Below are positions 41,065 through 52,169 of a DNA stretch of 64,000 nucleotides, one piece after another. A program made the translations under genes and the position numbers. The stretch is from assembly GCF_964355755.1 (NCBI RefSeq), contig NC_092678.1, positions 23,081,365 through 23,145,364 of the forward strand. Reading direction: 5' to 3'. The stretch's first letter is position 1. Each line of letters opens with the position of its first letter. The notes under the pieces were generated by a model. That model was not told the DNA's origin. It saw only the letters and a program-made list of their open reading frames with translations, and searched no databases. Source of the DNA: Antedon mediterranea (Eukaryota > Animalia > Echinodermata).

Positions 41065-41611
41065 GGGCCCGTTTCTGCTGCCAACCCAAAATATACCGTA
41101 TAAATATACCGTATAAATATACCGTATATGAAATTCGTGCACCGTTTCCGCTGCACATACTTCGTGGGTGGGTTGTAAAAAAGTTGGCTTTCATTACCCA
41201 AAATGCATTTCGTGAGACGGAAGTATGGATTGACCTTGTGTAGTGCGGTTTTTACCTACCGATACATGCTGACAAAAACAAAACAATGATGGTTTCTCAA
41301 AACGTCGTAGCATTGCTTTCTATTTTAAATCTAATGAGCAGAAGTGGCAACGAATTTACACCGCACATACAAGCACAATCTAGAAATGTCACTATAAATA
41401 AACTCTGTTATTCAAATTGAGTTTATATTATGCTATATTATCCTATATTGCCGTTTTAATTTCCATTTTCTATTATACAGTATTTTACCATGATTTTACA
41501 TCACGTTGTTGTCGTGTAAGAACATTCGATTTATTGTAATTAAAATCTCGGTATCTCTTCTGTTGCCATGCAGTCTCCCCCCAACTTTCGCTTCCCCCCA
41601 CAATTGAATTG
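41065..41611. mobile_element. Truncated, inverted copy of the 38375-39255 MITE
   Basis: Near-identical reverse complement of ~38748-39255. Confidence 0.9.
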
Positions 41612-41769
41612 AAGGCCTCAGTGGAAAAAACAGATAAGTCACATTTTATGAAAGTACAGAAAATTGAATTTTAAAATTAGAAATCCAATATGTCATACAA
41701 TATATAAAAGTAAATTGTTGATGGTTGTCATATTATCTCTTTAAACATTTTCTTACAAGATTCTTAACT

Positions 41770-42240
41770 TAAATTTGAATTTGTATCATATATGATGGGG
41801 GTCTGCCCAATTTGGTTAACCCCTTTCAATTTTGGACTTACTGCTTTTTCCACTTTACATGAAAACAATCTTCATAGATCAAATTCACCCTCTCCAGTGT
41901 GCTTATTCTTGTACATACAACACATTGGAGGTACCAGTAAGGGTGGGGGAATATTCTTCTCTCCCCCCCCCCCCCCCCAAAAAAATCTTCACCCCCCTCC
42001 CGCTCCACCCCCGAGAAGAACGCCAATGTTCATTGGGTAATTTCTTTTTGCCATATCATCTCCATCCCATTACCCGCTGTAGGTCAAATCCAGTGTGCTG
42101 ATGTTTTAAACAATGTCATTGCTGTTCAAATCCACCAAGTCTCCAGTGTGGTTGTTGTTGTACATACAACACATTGGAGGTACCTGTAGGGTGGGGGAAT
42201 ATTCCTACAGAAGAACCCGTATGGTAATACTGATGGAGTA
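41770..42240 (-). pseudogene. Decayed ORF with a duplicated peptide repeat
   Basis: VLL.EYSPTLQVPPMCCMYNNNHTGD and VLLEEYSPT.LVPPMCCMYKNKHTGE; in-frame stops; C-rich insertion at ~41960-42012. Confidence 0.4.
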
Positions 42241-43408
42241 AAATCAAAAGTGAAAATTCAGTACGTTAAACATGTGACAATTGAAGACAATAATTTTACA
42301 ACAGGCTATTTATTAAAACACAAGAGTAACAAAGCAAAATTAAGTTGCTATTCATTTCAGAATATGTGAGCATCAATTTCTTGTGCTTTTGTCAGGGTTT
42401 TAAAATTAAAGCAAAACTGAACAACGTATCATATCATTGTTTACTTAGCAAACCATTCAGGGCAGGACAGTTAACCTCACATTAATCTACTAAAACTAAT
42501 GCTGGAGTTTGTTCAATGTTAACCTCACATTAATCTATATTTCGATATATTAAATGGTATGCAGTTGAGAAAGGCCCCACCCGAAACTAATTCTGGAGCT
42601 GCTATGAAACTAGTTTCAGCCTGTTCAACCTCTTTTAAACTAAATCATTCAGAATACAGTGAAGATTATTGCTGTCTGTACTACTGTATTCTAATTTCTA
42701 AACACCCTACACAATTTCAGTTATAAAAATACAAATAATACATACAACTATTTCTACAATAAATGTAATTTGTCATTGTGCAGAAACACTCTTAATGTGG
42801 AATTTCTTAATCTTAATAAGGGGGGTTCCGGGTTTAAAATGAATAGTAAAAAATGTAAAATATATTTGTTTGTCTCTTTAACGGTAAAAGTTTCAATTTA
42901 TATAAGCGCCTAGTGAAGCAGAACGAAGGCTGTGAAATGAGGCCAGATTACAAGTGCAGCCACGGCAAAATCACACTGTGGTTACAGAATAGGAAATTCG
43001 TGAAATGGTCGATCTTCCGACGACTCGTTATCATTAACCATATCAATTACTTTTGTAAAATTATACTTATCTGATGTAATTTTAGTCGGTCTTCCCATTT
43101 ATAAAGTCAATTTTCTATGAAAATTCATCAAAACAGTGAAAACTTTAATAATTTATGACTCCGTAATCTGTACTAAATTTTGTATTTCATTAAATGTCAA
43201 ATAAATATATGCTACTACTGTTATTATTACACTTTAGGCCTAGCTTAGAAAATCTACAAAAATGTATTTCACAATGATCGGGTGGTCATCGTTTGACAGG
43301 GGAGAGAGATGTAAATTTAAAATTGTTTTGCACATTTGTATTTATTAAAACCACATTTTGGTTTAAAAAAAATTACTACCTCAAAGAGGAGAAGGGGCTA
43401 TTGTTGGT

Positions 43409-43888
43409 TTATCCAGGTAAGCTAGGCACGAAATAGACATAAATATTCACAATCATAATAATAAGATAAATGTAACTGTAACCATTTATCTTGTTCCCAG
43501 AATTCCCCGGAACGTAATTAGTACTTGTTTTATCAGTGCCTTGGTTGTCTTGGTGGTTTTTGTCGTGGGTCTGGTCAAGTACCGTGAGATATCCACCAAT
43601 TACTGACATGTTATTATTGCCCGTGCACCTGGCTGTGTACCATCCCATATCGTCCAAGGTAATATTTCGGATAATCAGAGAGAATTTCCCTAAATCCTTG
43701 AAAACATCGTCTATTTTGATACGACTACTGACCACCACCTCTTGACCATCCTTGAAGAATCTTATTCCATTTGGACAATGGATATTAACATCAAATGTCG
43801 CATTGCTGTTCAGTTCACTGGTCTTGTTCGTTGCTACTGATGTAGCAATGAAAAGTAAAGTAAGTAAGTAAGTAAGTACTTTCTCCAT
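43409..43888 (-). CDS. Secreted/GPI-anchored single Ig-like domain glycoprotein (159 aa)
   Basis: Signal peptide MEKVLTYLLTLLFIATSVA; Ig hallmarks IHC..FFKDG..SRI..FSLIIRNITLDDMGWY..C..YLTV; polar stalk; NSG plus hydrophobic tail. Splice acceptor 5 nt before the ATG and candidate donor at 44143. Confidence 0.75.
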   Translation of the reverse strand: MEKVLTYLLTLLFIATSVATNKTSELNSNATFDVNIHCPNGIRFFKDGQEVVVSSRIKIDDVFKDLGKFSLIIRNITLDDMGWYTARCTGNNNMSVIGGYLTVLDQTHDKNHQDNQGTDKTSTNYVPGNSGNKINGYSYIYLIIMIVNIYVYFVPSLPG

Positions 43889-44137
43889 TTTATCTATAAT
43901 AAATAAACATTGCAAACAACATAAACTTTTAATTTGCCTATTTAATTTTTGATTTACTGTACTATCAACATTGCATATTACCCTGTGCAAATCTTTAGTT
44001 TGCCTACTACAGTATATTCAATCAATGTACCAACAAATAGCTAAGAGAGGAGTATTTAGTAATTAAAACAAAATTAAAACCCCCCTAAACTTTATTTGGC
44101 ATTATACAGTAGAATTGTGTAAATTGAAAGTACAGAA

Positions 44138-44296
44138 ACTTACTACTTATTGAACAGTTACTGTCTGTGTTGGAAAATGGATCTCACAGGAAATGGGAGA
44201 GCGAGTGTACTGCAAATTGGAAAATAAAGAGATAACTGTATAAGTACAAGTAGATAGATGTTAACTACAGTAGAACTATAATTGATCTTATATAAT
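44138..44296 (-). promoter_or_regulatory. Candidate non-coding first exon and TATA box of the Ig gene
   Basis: GTAAGT donor at 44138-44143, conserved in the paralog at 46245-46257; TATATAAG at ~44286-44293. Confidence 0.4.
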
Positions 44297-45817
44297 GAGT
44301 ATCAAATTAACAACTAAATACTTATTTAAATACTTATTTAGTTGTGTGGTTTATATTGACCACATTGTAAGCCTACCATAAAACATTGATAACACAAAAA
44401 CCTATTTAATTCCTGTACTTCCTACAATAATATTAAGTATCATTCATTATATTTGCCAAGGATATTACAATAACCGAGTTACAGTAGTCCATCTCAAAGA
44501 AAACCCTGTTCACAAGACAAACATACTTACTTTGTACTGTACCTGAATGGGAAAGTGAGTGAAACCACCTGTATCACATTGTTACAAGCATCAAACAAAT
44601 CTTTTCAACGTTTTTGTTGTAATATTTACACAAAACAGATTATCTGTAAAATACAAATTGACTACCTACAGTATGCTAGCGTAAATACAGTAAGTGAGTG
44701 CCTTCAAACATGTGTTTCCACAAAGACAGCGAAGAAAAGAATGGCATATTTTCATGCTTTTGTAGCTTTATATACAACCCGGAAACGGAAGTATTAACAC
44801 ACACATTATTTTAAATGTAGGGGAACAAAATCACTTGGACAACAATCGTTGTGATGTTTACTGTTGTCGTCAATTTACTTAATAAATCTGTAAAATCACA
44901 ACAATACAGGAAAAGTGATATTTCAAAGAGAATAGTAAAAGGCTTTGACAATTATGTATTGACTGTACAGTATTGAAAACTAGCTCATCCAGTGTTTGTT
45001 TGTCCATTTGTTTTGATTGAATACCATCTGGTCTATTGGATTTCGAAGAAAGTTTGAAGAAATGGCTGAATTTGTATCATTCTCAGATTTCCTCATCATT
45101 TCCTCAGTATTAATTATTTATGTTCTAGTATATCTGTGGGTGGTTTAGAATGTTGGGGAAAAATGAAATTGATTCGAATTACAGTAAAATTTAAATTTCA
45201 AAAGAATTGAAGATGATTAAATAAATTGATGGAAAGTAACAACACAGAGTGGATCACTTCAGAGGTCACAAGTTGGGAAAATGAAATTGCAGGACACTTA
45301 AAAGGTTTAGAGAACATCTACTGTACAGAAAAATACCATGTGTACACAGGCAATACACCCTTGTATAGTTCAAGTTCATGCTCCATTTATTTAGGTTATT
45401 TTCAGCCTTCAACTTCCTTTCATTGAAACAGGATATGAAATAACAATGAATCCTAAGCATTGTTGCAATTTCTGGAATTTTTATGATTTTTGGCATTATT
45501 TGGAAGGGCCCTTTATTTAAAAAGATGCATGAAATATGACCTTGCTGGGTCAATTTTTTTTTCAGTTTAAACGTGTACATTTTTTGTAGTTGGCTGGTGA
45601 CATGTACTTGAAGATGGTAAACTGAAAAATCAATACCGTACGCCAAACTGTATAAATCAATTTCTACCTGTACAATGAATAAACACAAAATAAAAGGAGT
45701 TTAATTGGATAATACAGTCCAAGTGTACATGAAGTACAACCAATTATATACAGTAATTAGTTCAATTTCTTTACACCACCATATAGCAACAACTAACCAG
45801 AAAACTGGTTTCGGATA

Positions 45818-46063
45818 TTAAATATGTGGAATGGCTACATAAATAACTGATCTACAAATATGACAGACAGTGACAATAATAAGATACATGAAAATATGTC
45901 CATTCTTATGGCCTGAATTTACAGGAACAGAAGTATTTCCATCGTTGTTGCTCTTGTTTGATGGATCAATTATGGTGACATAGCCACCAAATACTGTTTC
46001 ATTACTGCACCTGGCTATATACAATCCTGTATCATCCACCGTTAGGTTTGAGATTACAGAATT
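45818..46063 (-). pseudogene. 5'-truncated paralog of the Ig-like gene
   Basis: VISNLTVDDTGLYIARCSNETVFGGYVTIID..VPVNSGHK..MYLIIVTV aligns with the C-terminal half of 43409-43888. Signal peptide and N-terminal half are absent; upstream flanks are paralogous. Confidence 0.75.
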
Positions 46064-48242
46064 CTAAATTTGTAAATTAGATTTAAGCTATGATAAACAT
46101 TGTGGTTTCAGCTTTGGAGGCTTTCACCCTGCAGTGGGCTGATAACGACTGAAATGAATGAAATATTTTGCCTATAGATATTAGGCTTTAGATATTAGGC
46201 CTACAGCTATAGAATTGTGTAAATTTCAAATGAGTATGTACAGTACTTACTACTTACCTATTTACTAACTTATTTATCACAGTATTTTAAAAATAAATTA
46301 CAGTACAGATGAAAGAAGAGAGTTCTAAAATTAAAAAACAAAAATGAGATATAAATATTGTTAAATACAATAAATTGCTAATGTACTGTAGTAACCTATA
46401 GTTCTATCACAGAAAATATCAGAGGAATTGCCAATCTGCAATTTCTCCATTGAAAATTTGCAACACTTTTAACAGAGCATTTATGCCTGCTCACAAAGAC
46501 AGGGCTAATTTTAAGCAATCAGCGCCCTCAATAATCGCCCATGCATGATTTATGATTCTTTGGTTCTATCAGAGGGTACAGTACTTCACATGTCTATAAA
46601 ATTTTAATTATAATTTTACAACCTGATGACATTGGTAGACTTAACTTAAAAGCTATAGATGCTACTAATTCCTCCTATACTGCCTACATTAAAGAATTTA
46701 CATTCATACTTCATTTAATTTTGCCAAGGATAACAGTGAGCACTCTTTCAGCAGCACTAGCAACACCATACCTGTTACACACACCACAGACAATAAACTG
46801 TAGTGTAGTTCATCTCAAAGGAGTATACTACTGTATAACCTAATTTAAAATGATTTACTGTATTTAACCCTAATTTGATATAGATAAAACAATATTGAAT
46901 TACCTCAGATGCTACCTTTATGCCAATCAGTATGCCAATGACTTGATTCATTGAACAACATGGATCAGCTGAAAAGTCATGCATGAATGCAGTTTCCATT
47001 CATAAAATTGCTTTATTGAGTTTTTTAACAAAGCGAAGGAAGTATTATGACAATTAAATATTCATTGATGATAATATCAATAGATCGATATTAATCTTGT
47101 TATGACTTTTCACATGCCTCCAAGCAGTTACAGTCCAGAGAGGACGAATCATTACAAAAAGGTGTCTAATATATCATGATAACTTTGTAAGATCATGATA
47201 ATTAACATGCTCTCCAAAAGCATGTTAACCAGAATTAACGTAAACAGGTTCATATAAAACATCATGATAAAAGAAACTCACACTAATTTCTGAATGTGAA
47301 CCTAGCTATGTATATTGACAGTGGGCCTATTTCTGAATATTAAAATTGCAGTAGAAATGTGACAAATTTGCAATAAAACCAGTTAAATGGCAGCGTGAAA
47401 AAAAAAACGGTTAAAAACACTATTGGCGGTTAGAACGCCACTTAACCAGTTACCATGCCACTATGCAACTTTTAGCGCAAACGCAAAATAGTAGTTATTT
47501 GATTGACAGCTGTATTTTTAAATGTTTGACCGCCTGATTTAGATGTTTATTTGAAAGCACACAATTAGCAGAAATGCCATCAGTCTTAAAACTATTCGGT
47601 GCTATGCAGCAGAAACGGGCCCATTTTGTAGCAGATACATGATACAAATAATTCAACTTATTATTTCTACAATAACTGTAATTTGTCATTGTGCAATATC
47701 ACTTTTTAATGTGGAATCTCTTAAACTGGTTTAAGCCGGTTCATTCTCGTAAAACTGGTTTTAGGCAGTTCATCCTCTAAATCACTATAAATTGTCTGTC
47801 TCTGTCTGTATTAATAATTCTGACTATTATTATTTTCCACTCATTAAAGATAAAGTTATTTATTTTATGTATATTAGGTTCTTTAAACTTTATTATTTTA
47901 ATATAGTTATTACAGGATGTGTATCTCATACATGACATTACCTGCATTTTTATACTACATTATCATAAAATGTGATGCAACATATGCCATAATTGAATCG
48001 CTTTTAAAAAAAATAAAAACATAAATTCTTTCAAAAAATCCCATCAAAGCTCAATTTAAATTACTATTCAACATCTACTCTACCCACGGAATCAGCAATC
48101 GTCGGAAGTTCAAGTTTATATGCCTTTTTATTGGTGTCATGCCATTTCCGTTTATAAAAGAATGTGAAGCTTGTTAAATAAAGAGCCCACATTTGATTAT
48201 GTTCACTATAATATCTCTATGGTTTATACCATAGTCAGTAAT

Positions 48243-48918
48243 TACACTTACACTTACACTTAATGTTTGATGGAAATAGTTTAGGCTAGTGCCTATTAGA
48301 TTCCATTTCTAGCCGAAAATAGTTGTCAAGTCTAGACTTAAAGATGTTCACTGAAGAGGCTTGTATTACATATTCAGGCAGAGAATTCCAGTGATGTATG
48401 ACTCTGATGGTAAAAAAGTTGACCCTGCACATAAGATTTCCTCTAAGTTTTGGACGATATAGTTTTACGCTGTGTCCCCTGGTTCTGATGTTGTGAGACA
48501 ATTTAAATAAATCTTTTGGGTCAATATCCTCAAAGCCTTTCAAAATTTTGAAAGCTTCAATCAAATCTCCTCGTAGTCTTCTTGTCTCTAATGGTTGAAG
48601 ATCAAGATATTCTAACCTTTTTTCATATGGTAGATCACTTATTGACTTGACCATCTTTGTAGCTCTTCTCTGCACCTTCTCCAAGATTTCTTTGTCTTTG
48701 TTATAGTAAGGAGACCAGGACTGTATACAGTATTCCATATGTGGATGGATGTATGCCTTGTACATGACCTGAAAACTTTCTTTGTCAATATTTTTGAATG
48801 TTCTTTTGACAGTTCTCATACTATTCGTCGCTCTAGCTGCTGCTGCAGCACACTGTCGGCTTGGCTTGCAGTCGCTAGTGAAGATAACACCAAGGTCTTT
48901 TTCTTCGTTTACTGCCAA
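48243..48918 (-). mobile_element. CR1 LINE, 5'-truncated (ORF2 C-terminus)
   Basis: KDLGV..HMEYCIQSWSPY..LEKVQRRATKMV..RRLRGDLIEAFKI..TRGHS..FFTIRVIHHWNSLP; (TAAGTG)n tail. Confidence 0.92.
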
Positions 48919-49675
48919 TAACGCAATTAATACTGTAGTCCTTTATTTGGAGCAAGCAGTGACTTACTATTATTAGCTATACTATGTGATCATTCAAATT
49001 TCACATTTCACTGACTTCATTTTGATATAAAATATATAAAAACAGACAAGCAAGACAATATAGGCAAGATCATCAAGAAATGATAAAGATTGTTCTGAGC
49101 AGCAAAGAACAAACAATGTACTGGTATTATTAAATGTTACTGCCATTATGCAGCAGAAAAAAGCCCCAGATAGTTAGCACATTAAACAATATTGAGAGAA
49201 TTATGTTCCCATAAATAATTTTATGTCCAATAAATTTAAATAATCACCATCAATAAATAATTTTATACTTTAAAGGAATGAAAGTCTCGACAAATCCAAT
49301 TCTAATGTTTCATGTGACTACCTGAAACATTTCTTCTAAAAAATCCTGTTTTATATAATGTCTTCCTTTACATCGCAATGACCTACAGTACCAACTAATT
49401 GTTAATTCATTGTGGACATACAGGGATGTGTTTCCTCACTTAATATGCCTAATACTTAACACAATTTTATTGGTTTCCTCTTATAATTTGGTGTTTAAAA
49501 ATCAAACAAATTAATGGATGATTTATATTTTTAATTTCAAATGAACATGGGTACCAGAAGCCTATAGCCTATACACCAGAATAAAATAGAATAAGGAAAA
49601 TGGAGTTGCGCAATCAGAAGATCACAAACATGTTATTTATTTGTTGATGTGTCTATTTCCATACATTATAAATAC

Positions 49676-49995
49676 CCATGTGTCAAAACAAGAAGAATCC
49701 CATATGGGCATCATATGCACCCTATGCTTTGAAATATGGGTTATATATGGGCTATGTGGGCCTTCCCATGTGGGACCCATATGGTTCTTGGGTGCAAAAA
49801 TAGTGGAATCCCATATGGGAAACACAATATGATACCCATATGCTTTGAAATATGGGCACTGTATATGGGCTATGTGGGCCTTCCCATGTGGGGCCCATAT
49901 GGCTCTTGGGTGCAAAAATAGTGGAATCCCATATGGGAAACCCATGGTACCCATCTATGTTTTCATATGGGTCCCATATGGTTCCCATACGGGCT
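49676..49995. repeat. CCCATATGGG-rich ~108-bp tandem duplication (likely MITE remnant)
   Basis: Two near-identical units ATGCTTTGAAATATGGG..GGTGCAAAAATAGTGGAATCCCATATGGGAAA. Confidence 0.75.
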
Positions 49996-50489
49996 TGCTA
50001 CCTACTAAAAAAAGGTCCTTTATTATTTGCTACAGAAGTTGAACCCGGATAAAAGGTGTCATGGTTCGTTTCTTTCTATTGTTATAAATACTGTAAGTAT
50101 CCTGTTATTGTTATGGGTGTGTTATCCGGTAATTCTGCCATCCCATGGGTATATTTGTATCGATCAATTGTACAGCATCCGTATTCTAATAACCTGTTCA
50201 AAAAACCATCATACCTACACTATACTGTCTGTAGGTATAAACCGGGTTTCAAAAGACATTTTTTGTTTACTCTGTCACTAGAAATTGCACTACATGCTGG
50301 TTTGATTTATTGATTACTGTCACTGTGTCACAATTCAAAATGTTTAATGTACCTTCTACCTAATCTCATTACATAAAAGAAATGGATTTTGTGCAGGTAA
50401 AATATGTTTTATTCCACAGGTCATGCCTTTACACTGTACTACATCATAAGTTGTGAATTAATATAAAAATTAATTGTTCAATCCACAAT

Positions 50490-50801
50490 GTGAGTGAGTG
50501 GCCGAGCGGTTAAGACAGTGGAACCGTAATTACGTAGCCATTAAACATCGGCAGGGGTTCGAGGCTCACTCACTCCATGGTTCTGGTGGTAGAACGAGTC
50601 TTCTCGGATAAGGACTATAAACCGTAGGTCCAGTGTACACATCTAGCTCGTGTGCACTTTAAAGAACCTAGTACATCTTTCGAGACGAGTAGGGGGTTAC
50701 CCCGGTGTATTAGTACATCACAGCCACTGATCACCAACTGGGCCCTCTGGGAGACCAGTCTTTGACTGAAGAGGTTACCCAGTATAAATATAAATATAAA
50801 T
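50490..50801 (+). mobile_element. tRNA-derived SINE with Deu/Nin-type core (full length)
   Basis: A-box TGGCCGAGCGG, B-box GGTTCGAGGC, core TCGGATAAGGACTATAAACCG..TTAAAGAACC..GAGTAGGGGGTTACCCCGGTG, (ATAAAT)n tail. Confidence 0.88.
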
Positions 50802-52169
50802 TTCAATCATTCAATCCTCCTTGAAAATTAGTAACGCATATCTCAATTACATAGCTAGTTACACATGACTACTGTTTATGCAACACCATTCTGATACAGT
50901 TATTTGCATGCTTAAATGGTATTAAATTGCGCAGTTTATACAGACAAGAGTCAATTCATATGAACAGCTCAGATAAGTTATTGACCTTCGTCTGTGAAAA
51001 GCTACATAATACTATTATTAGCCTGTAAAACAAGAAGAGTGTCAAGTCAATCACTTCAGTTTGCATCATTTGCATGAATGAACACTTTCTTGGCAGGCCG
51101 TGGAGATATAATTTAAATTTACAACTACAACAGACTAGACACACATGTTGGGAATGTTTTTTGCCAAGGGGAGAGAAAAGTGAATGTTTCCTCCACTTTT
51201 GTACTATGTAAAAATCTTGGCTATAAGCCAAGGACACAGTTACTAAAAGCCAAGGGTGCTGATACCTAACATTTTAGAAACATTCTACTATAAACGATTA
51301 GCATGTCAATATAAAATTGCTACCTACAAATTACGTTTAAAGCACATTTTTAATAATATAGAGGGCGCTAGTTATAAATAGAATGATCACATATCAACAG
51401 CTGAAAAGTTTCCACTTGATAACAAATTGTAATATCCACAATAAATTAGACAATGATTAATTTTGAAAACTATTTTAATATTTGAAACAACAATGGTCGA
51501 AAGGTCAAACTATGTGAGCAACGGCTAGGGGTTAAGTTCAAGCCCAATGTCTTTAATGCACTGTATAATAAAAAATAAATAAAATATTGAAATAATGTAG
51601 GTATCTCTCATTATACACTCTTTAAATTGTAAACAAATTCTCCTAAAAACTGAAAACCATAAACTAGTTTTTTCTATTCAGTATTTATTGATATTTGACT
51701 CGGTCAGTTCTAAGTAAAATTTAATTTAATTCATTTCGTCAATTAAAAACATGATAATACAAATAAACATAACAAAACCCATGACAGGAATAAATAAAAG
51801 CAAACTTAATTGCTGTACAAATTTTGTCTGCCGTCACGGGTGACATATAATAGACATCAATTAAAATCATTAAATAGAGTAATTTGAATTCGTAAAAAGA
51901 ATCCATATTTAAAACATTTACAACTCACCCAACTCGGCGATGACAAGTATAATGACACCATGTTCAACTTCATTACAGTACTGTAGATTGGCGGATCCAA
52001 TTAAAACAAATCAGCACTTCATTTTGAATCCCGCCACTGGTGATCCTGGCGGATTAAAGTGCACAAACTCGAATAGGCCTGCAATACATAGTCTACCCAT
52101 CTCGGGCCGGTAGGCCTGGCTGGCTTTTTTCCACAACACAACAAGGCTAGCATACAGTATAAGTACTGA

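Noticed and set aside
43889-43990. N-terminal extension of the Ig ORF given in the ORF track
   Set aside because: It starts at a non-ATG codon in probable intron. The acceptor at 43894 and the signal peptide indicate the ATG at 43888.
50490-50575. tRNA gene (also 16135)
   Set aside because: A/B boxes are present but there is no proper cloverleaf, and the sequence continues into a SINE core and tail.
640-51240. Definite endogenous virus or Maverick
   Set aside because: No pPolB, capsid, packaging ATPase, integrase or helicase motif was recognised; kept only as a hypothesis.
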